Source: Octopus vulgaris
Lineage: Eukaryota
NCBI GenBank assembly: GCA_951406725.2
Contig: OX597837.1
Location: 34,162,001 to 34,226,000, forward strand
Length of the DNA: 64,000 nt
Direction: 5' to 3'
Part shown: positions 28,600 through 40,959 of the stretch, in pieces
How the letters are laid out: every line of letters begins with the position of its first letter
Position numbering within the stretch: the stretch's first letter is position 1
The notes under the pieces: model-generated
Told to the model about the DNA's origin: nothing
Database searches by the model: none
What the model saw: only the letters and a program-made list of their open reading frames with translations
Program-made: the position numbers and the translations under genes

Positions 28600-28930
28600 G
28601 TATGCCCGCGTGCGCGCATGGAAGTGTGTACGTGAAAGAAGAATCTTGATTGGGTGAATTATTGATGACGTCAGAAAGAGAAAAATATGCAGAGTAAAAG
28701 AGAGATAGAAAGAGAGAGAGAGAGAAGAGAAAAGAGAGAAGGAAGGAGAACAAATAACAAGTCAAGATAGCGACATCGATGAGATAGTTTGACAATGAGA
28801 TTATTTAGAACAACAACAACAGCAGCAACAACAACGATAAACAAACAACAATGAAGGCGTTGGTGGCGTCTGTGAAAATAACACGAACACGTTTTTAGCC
28901 CGACGTGACGACGACGTCTCTGCTTTCGGT
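28600..28930. promoter_or_regulatory. Candidate promoter-like unique island
   Basis: GCGTGCGCGCATG (NRF1-like) at 28608-28620, ATTGG at ~28649, TGACGTCA at 28666-28673, CpG-rich stretch 28850-28930. Confidence 0.3.
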
Positions 28931-29034
28931 TCAGAAATAGAACACAACCTGAATTTGTTTACAATATGCACATAAATACACACATACACACATACATACA
29001 TACATGCACAAATATATATCTATAGTATCTCTCA

Positions 29035-29079
<45 letters not shown>

Positions 29080-29093
29080 CATATATAGGTATA

Positions 29094-29129
<36 letters not shown>

Positions 29130-29218
29130 TATATACATATATGTGTGTGTGTGTATATGTATATATATACACACACACACATATATATGTATATATATAT
29201 ATATGCATACATACATGT

Positions 29219-29255
<37 letters not shown>

Positions 29256-29295
29256 TAGATATAAATGTATATATAAATATATATAAATATATATC

Positions 29296-29349
<54 letters not shown>

Positions 29350-29492
29350 ATTAATAAAAAAACGAAAAAAAGACAGAAAAAACAAGAAAAAAGGACAACA
29401 CTCAACTTCTCTCAGAGCACGTGTGTTTCACAAGGTTTAACGAAAGCGCTCACACTTCTTCCCCAAAAAGGTTACTAACATCTTCATAATAG

Positions 29493-29551
<59 letters not shown>

Positions 29552-29595
29552 AAACACACATATATATGTATATAGGTACATACATATATGATTCA

Positions 29596-29632
29596 AAGTC
29601 AGTGAACAGCGATGACGAAACCGGTATGACTT
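29596..29632 (+). ncRNA. Degenerate hammerhead-like motif
   Basis: AAGUCA/UGACUU stem I and GAAA-CCGG-UA are intact, but the core reads GUGAACA. Confidence 0.4.
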
Positions 29633-29726
29633 ACTATATTCACTCAGGAAAATGATTTGTATACTTTTTAATTCCATCTTAAATCATTTATTTGTATGTA
29701 TATAACTTTGTTTCTTTTTATTTTCC

Positions 29727-29777
<51 letters not shown>

Positions 29778-30219
29778 AATATATTTACGTGAGGCATAAA
29801 AATATAAGATGATAATAAGAAAATACATAGTTTCTTAACTCGACAGCTGTTTCAAGAAGCCCAGATCTACGTAATAATCGTAATGTATGGGTATGCAACC
29901 AGTAAACTTTTTCACGGTGTTATTACCATAATTCTTGCTTCCTTCAACAAGACAAATGCTGCAAAATCCATTTGAGTTCTATTCTGATGCGTAACACTTT
30001 TGGAAAATGTCTTCTACTATAGGACCGGGCTGACCAAAGCCTTGTGTTTGAATTTGGTAGATGGAAACTGAAAGAACCCCATCGTATATATGTTTGTATG
30101 TGTATTCTTGCGTTTTTGTGCTTTGTGTTTGTCTACCTCCGTCACGGAGGTAGCAGGCTGCAGGTTCAGTCCCACTGCGTGGCACCTTGGGCTGTCTACT
30201 ATTATAGCCCCGGGTCGAC

Positions 30220-30645
30220 CATCCATCCATCCATCCATCCATACATACATACATACATACATACATACATACATACATACATACATTCACACATACATAC
30301 ATTCACACATACATACATACATACATACATACATACATACATACATACATACATACTTCCATACATACATACATACATACATACATACATACATACAGAC
30401 AGACAGACAGGAAAAGAGAGAAACATTGACAAGGAATGAAGAAAACCAGCCGAGCGACCAACCGGCCAACCAACCAACCAACCAACCAACCAACCAACCA
30501 ACCAACCAACCAACCAACCAACCAGCCAACCAACCAACCAACCAACCAACCAACCAACCAACCAGCCAGCCAGCCAACCAACCAGCCAACCAACCAACCA
30601 ACCAACCAACCAACCAACCAACCAACCAACCAGCCAGCCAACCAG
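30220..30645. repeat. (ATCC)/(ATAC)n and (CAAC)n microsatellites
   Basis: Read directly from sequence. Confidence 0.95.
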
Positions 30646-30853
30646 TAAACCTGTATCTCCGGTGGAAGTTGATAGTTAGAGAGAGAGGGAGGAGGAAAGG
30701 AAGGAGAGAGAGAGATTTTTTCCGCTGACATTTCCCCGTTAAGTATTTATAGGATGTGAGAGAAATATATATATATATATATACACATATAACGACCTGT
30801 CTGTTGGTTGGTCGGTCAAATTCTGAAATACAACTATTTTGCCGGTGCACTGT

Positions 30854-30911
<58 letters not shown>

Positions 30912-31162
30912 CTCAGTGGGTTTTGTGTGATTGTGTGTATGTGTATGTATGTCCGCATTTACATAATCTTATATTATTTCACTTATATCACCCACCCATC
31001 CACCCACCAACCCCCCCACACACACACCTAAAAGTACACAAACTAGGATAAATACGTATGGACTTGTACATATATGTATATAATAGCTGACGTAACAGGT
31101 AATTCCCGGGGAAGCGAGGTTTGTGCCTTGGTTCCGTTCTCATAACTGTTTTTGCTAACCTA

Positions 31163-31558
31163 GTGGACTGGAAGCACTCCGTCGGTTACGACGACGAGGG
31201 TTCCGGTTGATCCGAATCAACGGAACAGCCTGCTCGTGAAATTAACGTGCAAGTGGCTGAGCACTCCACAGACACGTGTACCCTTAACGTAGTTCTCGGG
31301 GGAGATTCAGCGTGACACAGAGAGTGACAAGGCCGGCCCTTTGAAATACAGGTACAACAGAAACAGGAAGTAAGAGTGAGAGAGAAAGTTGTGGTGAAAG
31401 AGTACAGCAGGGATCACCACCACCCCCTGCCGGAGCCTCGTGGAGCTTTTTAGGTGTTTTCGCTCAATAAACACTCACAACGCCCGGTCTGGGAATCGAA
31501 ACCGCGATCCTATGACCGCGAGTCCGCTGCCCTAACCACTGGGCCATTGCGCCTCCAC
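31163..31558 (-). mobile_element. SINE family C, full length, flanked by 93-bp direct repeats
   Basis: Complete element; flanks 31070-31162 and 31559-31651. Confidence 0.93.
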
Positions 31559-31803
31559 ATATATGTATATAATAGCTGACGTAACAGGTAATTCCCGGGG
31601 AAGCGAGGTTTGTGCCTCGGTTCCGTTCTCATAATTGTTTTTGCTAACCTAATAACAACAATACAAAGTGTGTAGCCTTTAAAACAGTTTTTCTGCATTT
31701 ATTGAGAATACTGAACTGTCTTACACAGGATCTTGTTTTTAGGAATTCCCAATAAGTTATGAATACCCAAATTGTGAAGTCAGTTATGCAGTAACATGAA
31801 ATT

Positions 31804-32149
31804 GTGGAGGCGCAATGGCCCAGTGGTTAGGGCAGCGGACTCGCGGTCATAGCATCGAGGTTTCGATTTCCAGACCGGGCGTTGTGAGTGTTTATTGAGC
31901 GAAAACACCTAAAGCTCCACGCGGCTCACTTTCTCTCACTCTTACTTCCTGTTTCTGTTGTACCTGTATTTCAAAGGGCCGGCCTTGTCACTCACTGTGT
32001 CACGCTGAATATCCCCGAGAACTACGTTAAGGGTACACGTGTCTGTGGAGTGCTCAGCCACTTACACGTTAATTTCACGAGCAGGATGTTCCGTTGATTC
32101 GGATCAACCGGGACCCTCGTCGTCGTGACCGACGGAGTGCTTCCATTCC
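31804..32149 (+). mobile_element. SINE family C with internal deletion
   Basis: TSD AACATGAAATT at 31793-31803 and 32150-32160. Confidence 0.92.
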
Positions 32150-32859
32150 AACATGAAATTAGTTACCTGATAGTAAGAATTCAAATCAAGTAACCCCGAA
32201 AAGGGCTTTAATGCATTCCCAGAGTATATAGAACTTAGGAGGAAATACTAATAAGGTATGTATGCTAAAATCATAAAGCATGTTACGTAATAACAGGCTA
32301 ATCAGATATGAGATAATAACAATTCAAAGTAAATAACTCTGAAAAAAAGCTTTTGTGCGTTCGCAGTGAATATTACCATCAGCGGCGCTAGTGTTGGTAT
32401 ATTCGTGAATAAGTCACTAACCGAAATAAGTGGATCTACTGTTTAGGAAAATACTATTTACTTGTTTAAGTGTACTGGATAGATTGCGAAAATAACTGAA
32501 AATAAGCATACTCAATTTGATTCATACCAAATAATGTACGAAGATGAATGGGTTATTTCTCTTGGCTATATTAAGGATCTCTTTCAGGAGCGAATTGGTT
32601 ATTTCCCTTGGATGTTTAAATGAAATATATTAGTTATATGTAGTAAATATAAGGATTCCTTCGAGGGGCCCTATTATTGACTTTTTCAACAATCTAAGTA
32701 TGTTACTAGTTTTCCAGACATGATATCTACTCACGTGTCAAGATTCATCAAAATCAATAAAACGATGTAGGAGTAGTTAGATAGCAACTCCACAAACGAA
32801 CACACCCACAGACAGAATTTACCACATATGTAGTAGACATACGTTTATGAATTTGTGTT

Positions 32860-33170
32860 GGACGATTCCTCATTTGAAATCGTGTGTTGAAACAGATATT
32901 GCTGTATTTCGGAATGGTTTTTTTTTTTGTGTCAAATAAATACACGCACTATATATTCGTTCTTCACTCGTTTATTACTTCTCAGCGACACTATCCATCT
33001 TCGAACAAAAGCACACACGAAGACGGGTAGTGTAGCCTAAGAGGTCACAGATGCGTGACGAAAGATTTCCAAGAGTTAGGATAAGAGCAGTAAAAAACGA
33101 GTGAAGAACGAATATATAATGCGTGTGTTTATTTGGTAAAAAAAATGACCATCCCAAAATACAACAATAT
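32860..33170. mobile_element. Fold-back MITE-like element (related fragments at ~6050-6150 and ~16920-17005)
   Basis: Imperfect inverted arms including TATATTCGTTCTTCACTCGTTT / AAACGAGTGAAGAACGAATATA. Confidence 0.7.
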
Positions 33171-33407
33171 GAATGTGTGTGTATGTGTGTGTGTGTGTTT
33201 AGTATATATAAAGACATGTAGGCTTGACTGTGTGGTAAGGAGTTTATCTATATATATGCAACGGGCTTCTTTCAGTTTCCCTCTACCAAATTCATTCAGA
33301 AGGCTTTGGTCGGTCCGAGGCTTTAGTAGCAGACACTTGCTCAAGGTACCACGCAGTGGGACTGAACCCGGAACCATGTGGTTGGTAAGCAAGCTACTTA
33401 CCACACA

Positions 33408-33974
33408 GCGCACCAACGATTCTGCCAGCTCGCCGCCTTGCGTAATGATAATGGTTTCAAATTTTAGCACAAAGCCAGCAGTTTCGGAGTAGGAATTAAG
33501 TCGATTACATCGGTCCTTTTCTTCAACTGGTATCTATTTTGTCGATCTCACCCCGAAAGGATGAAAAGCAAAGTCGACTTCGGTAGAATTTGAACTCAGA
33601 ACTTAAAGACGGACGAAATGTAACTAAGTATTTTTATCCGGCGTGCTAACGATTTTGTCAGCTCACCACCTTCTTTTTAAATAAAACATTGAAAATAAAG
33701 TTTTAAAGATGAGTCACAGAGCTGACAAAATCGTTAGCACGCCGGATAAAAATACTTAGTTACATTTCGTCCGTCTTTAAGTTCTGAGTTCAAATTCTAC
33801 CGAAGTCGACTTTGCTTTTCATCCTTTCGGGGTGAGATCGACAAAATAGATACCAGTTGAAGAAAAGGGCCGATGTAATCGACTTAATTCCTACACCGAA
33901 ACTGCTGGCGTTGTGCTAAAATTTGAAACCCTTATTACTACGCAAGGCGGCGAGCTGGCAGAATCGTTGGTGCG
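33408..33974. repeat. Inverted duplication of a SINE A-derived segment
   Basis: Arms 33408-33664 and 33719-33974 with a ~54-bp spacer and shared private mutations. Confidence 0.92.
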
Positions 33975-34088
33975 CCGCAGGATCGATAAAATAAATATCA
34001 GTTGAAACACTGGGGATCGACGTAATCGACTTTCCCCTCTCCAGGAATTTCTGATCTTATGCTAAAAAATTTGAAATTCATATTCATA

Positions 34089-34500
34089 GGCGCAGGAGTG
34101 GCTGTGTGGTAAGTAGCTTGCTAACCAACCACATGGTTCCGGGTTCAGTCCCACTGCGTGGCACCTTGGGCAAGTGTCTTCTGCTTATAGCCCCGGGTCG
34201 ACCAATGCCTTGTGAGTGGATTTGGTAGACGGAAACTGAAAGAAGCCTGTCGTATATATGTATATATATATATGTGTGTGTGTATGTGTTTGTGTGTCTG
34301 TGTTTGTCCCTCTAGCATTGCTTGACAACCGATGCTGGTGTGTTTACGTCCCCGTCACTTAGCGGTTCGGCAAAAGAGACCGATAGAATAAGTACTGGGC
34401 TTACAAAAGAATAAGTCCCGGGGTCGATTTGCTCGACTAAAAGGCGGTGCTCCAGCATGGCCGCAGTCAAATGACTGAAACAAGTAAAAGAGTAAAAGAG
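34089..34500 (+). mobile_element. SINE family B, full length
   Basis: Complete head, body and tail. Confidence 0.93.
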
Positions 34501-34769
34501 TATTTAAAAATATGGCGGTGAGCTGTCAGAATCGTTCGCACGCTGGGTAAAACGCTAAGGGTCGACCTCGACCTCCTCTTCCCTCGAATTTGCTGGCCTT
34601 GTGCTAAACACGAAATCAATGTTTTAAATTAAAATGTCTAGTCTGTCTGTCTGTCTGTTTTCTGTCTCTCCCCTTCTCTCTCTCTCTCTGTCAATCTGTC
34701 TCTGTCTCTCTCTTTCTTTCTCTCTCTCTCTCTCGTCACACATTCACCTTATTTTCAAATACACTTTCA

Positions 34770-35215
34770 CATTTTATAAATACCCCAACATTTACTCCCT
34801 CCATTATATCGCTGCCGTTCCCTTTGTCGGCTCTGGTGACCCCATTCCGCAACTTTTGTGTCGGATTGTCTTTCGCTTCACTCCGTTGTATGTTAAATGG
34901 TTTTTCAGCCATTGGTTTAAAGCAACGCCCACTTTTAAATATGCAACCAATCATATCGAGCGTACAACAGAAGTCATGGCATTTCTAGACACGTGATACG
35001 CAACACAGAACAATGAAGGAGCTCTGGAGATGAAAGATATGCAGATTAGCTTCCATAAAGTCTGCATCAAGCAAACCACACCTGAAATTCGATTCCACAT
35101 GGACAAAAGATTGGTATTTCATTTTCAAATGTGCCGTGTACGGCAGGAAATGTTATGAGCCAAGGCTTCGCGCATCAGTGAAGAAGAGGAGATCGACTAG
35201 CGTGAAATCGCCTCC
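34770..35215. mobile_element. Rearranged Penelope-like RT/EN fragments
   Basis: Minus strand VTRADKGNGSDIM (ADKG motif); plus strand ERTTEVMAFLD; a decayed hammerhead-like GUGAAGAAGAGG..CCUCCAAA at ~35177-35218. Confidence 0.5.
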
Positions 35216-35393
35216 AAATAGATAAATAATTACGGAGCAGGTGTGGGTGTGTAACTGAGAAGCTTGCTTCCTAAATATTTGGTCTTGGGTTCGTTCCGAC
35301 TTCGTGGCACCTTCGATGATTGTCTTCTAGAATATCCTCTGGCCGACCAAACCTATGAGCGGATTTGGCAAACAGAAAGTGAAAGAAGCCCAT

Positions 35394-35448
<55 letters not shown>

Positions 35449-35450
<2 letters not shown>

Positions 35451-35620
35451 TATTTCTCCTTAAACAGAAGCCTTTAAGGGGACAAAATTCCCTATTACGA
35501 CAATTACATGTTTTCATTTTGCTTCCGGCTTTAGTCTTACTATTTTTAATATCCAAGTCCTTATTATTGTTCTCCGTGTTGGAATCAGTTGGTGCCTCGT
35601 TGTACCATTTATTTACTTTT
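35449..35620 (-). mobile_element. Penelope-like element linker preceding GIY-YIG
   Basis: KTCNCRNREFCPLKGFCLRRNTIY matches the CxC..CPLxGxCL..(I/V)Y motif. Confidence 0.75.
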
Positions 35621-35777
35621 ATATATATGTATATATACATATATATATACATATATATATATATATACACATACCAGAGTAAGCACATAAATGCGAAACA
35701 AGGTTTAAAAAATAGTACTCGAATACCAGAGGCAGAGTAATATTCTTTATTAAAAAGCAGCAGAAATATCACAAAAG

Positions 35778-35866
35778 TTGTTACTCAAAAATTTCACGTT
35801 TCCCGTTCGTCGGACAGTTTTGTTTAGAATGTCCGATGAACGGGAACGTGAAACTCTGAGTAACAG
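35778..35866. ncRNA. Divergent pair of hammerhead motifs in an inverted pLTR-like repeat
   Basis: Plus 35830-35866: UGU-CCGAUGA-ACG[GGAA]CGU-GAA-ACU[CUG]AGU-A-ACA. Minus 35778-35817: CCGACGA core with decayed stem III. Same family as 8397. Confidence 0.75.
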
Positions 35867-35898
35867 TTTTTGTGATATTTCTACTGCTTTTTAATAAA

Positions 35899-36297
35899 GT
35901 GGCTGTGTGGTAAGTAGCTTGCTAACCAACCACATGGTTCCGGGTTCAGTCCCACTGCGTGGCATCTTGGGCAAGTGTCTTCTGCTATAGCCCCGGGCCG
36001 ACCAATGCATTGTGAGTGGATTTGGTAGACGGAAACTGAAAGAAGCCTGTCGTATATATGTATATATATGTATATATGTTTATGTGTGTGTGTGTTTGTG
36101 TGTGTGTGTTTGTCCCCCTAGCATTGCTTGACAACCGTGTTTACGTGCCCGTCACTTAGCGGTTCGGCAAAAGAGACCGATAGAATAAGTACTGGTCTTA
36201 CAAAGAATAAGTCCCGGGGTCGATTTGCTCGACTAAAGGCGGTGCCCCAGCATGGCCGCAGTCAAATGACTGAAACAAGTAAAAGAGTAAAAGAGTA
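35899..36297 (+). mobile_element. SINE family B
   Basis: Family motifs. Confidence 0.92.
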
Positions 36298-36725
36298 TAA
36301 CCGACGGAGTGCTTCCATTTCCCATTACCTATAATTCACCATAGGGATTCACAACATGTCAGACACCCTAGAGTATACCAAACAATATATGATCAACACA
36401 ACGTGTGCTTGGGACCAGCCCCTAGGTGGTAAATACTCGTAGGGGTGGTTTTCTCTGTGTACACAACCTAAATATCCTACTGGACATTTAATCGACCACA
36501 AGTGGTGACCACAGGTTTATCCAACCCTACTTGATGCATATTTTTTAAAAGTACCAGGTCTCCAGGAATGGGAGGATTTGCAGGGTACCAAGAACGAAGA
36601 GAAAGCCGAAATATGACGTCACAATGGGTGGTTCCCTACAATATGATACTATTAAAACTGTTCAACTGCCACCTAAATGTAGAGATATGCTTTTCCATCA
36701 AATCAATCAAATATGTTATCATGTA

Positions 36726-37137
36726 GGCGCAGGAGTGGCTGTGTCGTAAGTAGCTTGCTAACCAACGACATGGTTCCGGGTTCAGTCCCACTGCTTGGCA
36801 TCTTGGGCAAGTGTCTTCTGCTATAGCCCCGGGCCGACCAATGCCTTGTGAGTGGATTTGGTAGACGGAAACTGAAAGAAGCCTGTCGTATATATGTGTG
36901 TGTGTGTGTGTGTTTGTGTGTTTGTGTGTCTGTGTTTGTCCCCCTAGCATTGCTTGACAACCGATGCTGGTGTGTTTACGTCCCCGTCACTTAGCGGTTC
37001 GGCAAAAGAGACCGATAGAATAAGTACTGGGCTTACAAAAGAATAAGTCCCGGGGTCGAGTTGCTCGACTAAAGGCGGTGCTCCAGCATGGCCACAGTCA
37101 ACTGACTGAAACAAGTAAAAGAGTAAAGAGTAAGAGT
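36726..37137 (+). mobile_element. SINE family B, full length
   Basis: Complete head, body and tail. Confidence 0.93.
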
Positions 37138-37139
37138 AT

Positions 37140-37895
37140 ATACCATAAAGTGCTGGAAGTGTTAATTTCCGTATTTGTAAGGAACACAATGAATAGATCC
37201 CTCATGGCTTTGAAAAGCCGTGTTCGCTCAGCATCTTCCAGAGTCCGCTGCCAATGATCGTTCAATTGAAACAAGCCTTTCTCTCAGCAGACGTCTTTGA
37301 ACAACGGCAATAGTTGTCCATCGTATATTTTCAAAGAGTTGAACGATGCTGGCCCCCTTTGACCTGATGCAGAAGGAGTCTTAAGTAACGCACTTCACCA
37401 CTTCGTGGAGAAACGGTATATACTCGTCCCAAAACGTTTGCCTCAAAAAGATAAAGATGTGATTGAGTTAGGGAGCGGCGAACTACTCACAGTTCCTAAT
37501 GGATATCGGAGAAGATAAGATCTAAAAAAAGCAAATGACGAAATTTGCCAAAAGAAATGGTTCTCCGAGCAACAACTATAGAAGAATGCATTGACTTCAT
37601 CTACCCATCATTTGACAATCCAGGTGAAGTGTTTGCGAACAATTGCATCTTTGTACCTGAGAAGCATCTATTCCACCTATATCAGATGCTTCCCTGGAAT
37701 CATAAAAGTGTCTCGATCCTATAATTCTGTGAGTGATGGTGCCAATGCCACTAATTTCCCGACTGAATTCCTTGATTCGGTTGAACTATCAAAACTACCA
37801 CCATTTAAGTTGGAATTGAAAAAAACAACGATCGCTCATAATTCTAATGAGAAACTTGAATCCCCTCAGGCTTTGTAATGGGACGCGTATAAAAC
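37140..37895. pseudogene. Helitron RepHel (Pif1-like helicase) fragments in opposite orientations
   Basis: Minus: LGRVYTVSPRSGEVRYLRLLLHQVKG..SFNSLK..HWQRTLEDA. Plus: FPTEFLDSVELSKLPPFKLELK..LMRNLNP..LCNGTR. Confidence 0.85.
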
Positions 37896-38402
37896 AAACC
37901 GAATAAAACAAACATGGAGAGTCGTTAGACCAGAACGAGAGGAAAATAGTTGACGCTGGGAGAAATATATTCTTTGAAAAGAGAAAAGGTAGAAGAGAGA
38001 GTAAAAATAACGTCCAGTCCTTTGAACATCCGTGCAGGAAGATAAAGATGGTCATGTGAGGAAAGGAAAGATGGATGATGGTCACGTGTGGGCAACGAGA
38101 GAGAGAGAAAAAAAAGAGAAAGAGGGAGAGAGAAAGATAGAAAACGGTGAGAGAAGGAGGGGGAGAAAAAGGGAATTAGAGAAAAAATATAGAAAACAGA
38201 ACAAATAAACTCAGAGAAACGACCCTTCATCAGTTGTCGACTGTACAAGGTTTATAAAGAATAAGTCCTGGGGTGGATTTGTTCCACTAAAAGGCGATGC
38301 TCCACCATGGCCGCAGTCAAATGGCTGAAACAAGTAAAAGAATAAAAGAATATATATATATGTGCACACACATACACATATATTTGTGTACGTGTGTGTA
38401 TG

Positions 38403-38426
<24 letters not shown>

Positions 38427-38433
<7 letters not shown>

Positions 38434-38737
38434 ATCACGTGACCGACCAGACCATCAGATGTTGTTACACATCGCTGGTCACAATGCGTTCGCATTGTTT
38501 TTTAGCCTTCGAATGACGCCACCCCGCTGGCTAAGCGAGCAGGCCAACAGAAGAAAGAGTGAGAGAAAGAGTGGTGAAAGAGTACAGCAGGGATCACCAC
38601 CCCCTGCCGGAGCCTCGTGGAGCTTTTTTTTAGTTGTTTTCGCTCAATAAACACTCACAACGCCCGGTCTGGGAATCGAAACCGCGATCCCGCGACCGCG
38701 AGTCCGCTGCCCTAACCACTAGGCCATTGCGCCTCCA
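38427..38737 (-). mobile_element. SINE with family C head and an alternative 3' tail
   Basis: Head and body match family C up to CTCTCACTCTT, then a different tail ending (CACGTGAT)2. Confidence 0.85.
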
Positions 38738-39036
38738 TATATATATAGGTTAACAAAATTAAATTAAATTAAATAAAAAAAAGAAGAAAAAAGAAAGACT
38801 AGAAAAAATAAGTAGGTATAAACACATGAACAAAATAAATAAAAACAAATTAAACGAACGTGTATAAACAGGGGATACAGATAATACAGGCACCTCCCCC
38901 CCCCAGGCACTTACTAAACATAGACACACATAAGAGTATACGCACGTGCAAATAAAGACACATACAAATAGAATACAAAATAAAAAAATGGCTGATCATT
39001 AGTAAGGAAAGACACACAAATAAGAGGGAAGGCAAA

Positions 39037-39081
39037 GGACCACTGATGAGGTCACAGAAGTGTGACGAAAGAACTGTGGCC
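39037..39081 (+). ncRNA. Hammerhead motif, canonical core, decayed cleavage arm
   Basis: GGACCA-CUGAUGA-G-GUCACA[GAAG]UGUGAC-GAAA-GAAC-UG-UGGCC. Confidence 0.65.
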
Positions 39082-39245
39082 GAAATACGATTAATATAAA
39101 AAATAAAATAAAGCTGAAGCATATTAACACCAAATATATAGTACGTGTGTTTTTATTGGCTAAACTGGCAACATGACCATCCCCATGGCGGTGTCCTAGC
39201 ATGGCCACAGCTCATTAGCTGAAACTGGAAAAATCAAAATCAAAA

Positions 39246-39296
<51 letters not shown>

Positions 39297-39305
39297 CAAT
39301 ATATA

Positions 39306-39453
<148 letters not shown>

Positions 39454-39788
39454 TATATAGATATATAGATATATAGTGCGAAGTGAGATAGGGGTTATGA
39501 TTGTAACCCACTATGGGATATCATTTATCCAATATACTGCCCGTAAAGTACCCAAAAGGCCAATATATAAATGCTTACAATTGCAATGCAATTAGTTCAT
39601 TTATTGTATTATATGGGCGAAGGTAAAATGTTTTACCTCAATTTCAGAATACAAATTAAGAAAATGGAGGAATAGATTCCTTTCAATCACCAAGTTCCAG
39701 ATAATACCAATTCATATAATTTATCAACTAATTAATTAAATAGGAACATCCAAATCCAACAGAATAAGACAGAATAAAACAATATATA

Positions 39789-39842
<54 letters not shown>

Positions 39843-39925
39843 ATAAATATTAGGGAATGAATCCAAAATTACAGGGAAAAATCAGATTTAGGGTTAAATC
39901 CAATTTTATAGTAAAATATTATATA

Positions 39926-40076
39926 ATATAATTCGAGACAAAACCACTATTTTAAAACCAAACAAGGAAAGACTTAATCAATACATAAAATTTTAATATA
40001 AATTAAATAAATTTTATGTATTGATTAAGTCTTTCCTTGTTTGGTTTTAAAATAGTGGTTTTGTCTCGAATTATAT
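39926..40076. repeat. Perfect ~68-bp inverted repeat with 15-bp spacer
   Basis: 39926-39993 is the reverse complement of 40009-40076. Confidence 0.92.
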
Positions 40077-40097
40077 ATATATATATATATATATATA

Positions 40098-40327
40098 CAC
40101 TCTTTTACTCTTTACTCTTTTATTTGTTTCAGTCATTTGACTGCGGCCATGCTGGAGCACCGCCTTAAGTCGAGCAAATCGACCCCGGGACTTATTCTTT
40201 GTAAGCCCAGTACTTATTCTGTCGGTCTCTTTTGCCGAACCGCTAAGTGACGGGGACGTAAACACACCAGCATCGGTTGTCAAGCAATGCTAGGGAGACA
40301 AACACAGACACACAAACACATACACAC

Positions 40328-40388
<61 letters not shown>

Positions 40389-40462
40389 TGACAGGCTTCT
40401 TTCAGTTTCCGTCTACCAAATCCACTCACAAGGCATTGGTCGGCCCGGGGCTATAGCAGAAG
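40098..40462 (-). mobile_element. SINE family B, truncated
   Basis: Family motifs. Confidence 0.9.
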
Positions 40463-40579
<117 letters not shown>

Positions 40580-40959
40580 CTTTATATATTTATATATATA
40601 TATACTGATATTGATATATAGTTTTTATGTTGCGTAACAGGAAGTTTCACAGCAATTGAGTTTTACAAAAATATAGTTTGTAACAATGCTCTCATTTATC
40701 CGGTTGGTCGGTTTCGCATGGGTTGTTGGGCAGGTGTTGGGACGAAAATAGAAAATGAAAGAAAATCAAAATAAGTAAGAAATAAAAATTAGTAAGAAAG
40801 AAAGAAAAAAAGATCTCATTGACTGAACGATTTGTGAGGCTGAAATCTGGTTTTTGAATGAGAAGGATTGGTTCTTAGCAATGAAAGGTTTGTGACGACC
40901 ATGGTGATTGTAAGATTTGGTGGAATGTGGCATGAGATAAGATATTACTCAAAAGATCA

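Noticed and set aside
29835-29955. Minus-strand GAAACAGCUGUC half-hammerhead (similar partial motifs near 27000, 32710 and 38235)
   Set aside because: Only one half of the core is recognisable and stems are not demonstrable by eye; possibly decayed copies.
36330-36640. Possible TIR element (TAGGGATTCAC / GTGGTTCCCTA)
   Set aside because: The match is too short and imperfect, and there is no TSD.
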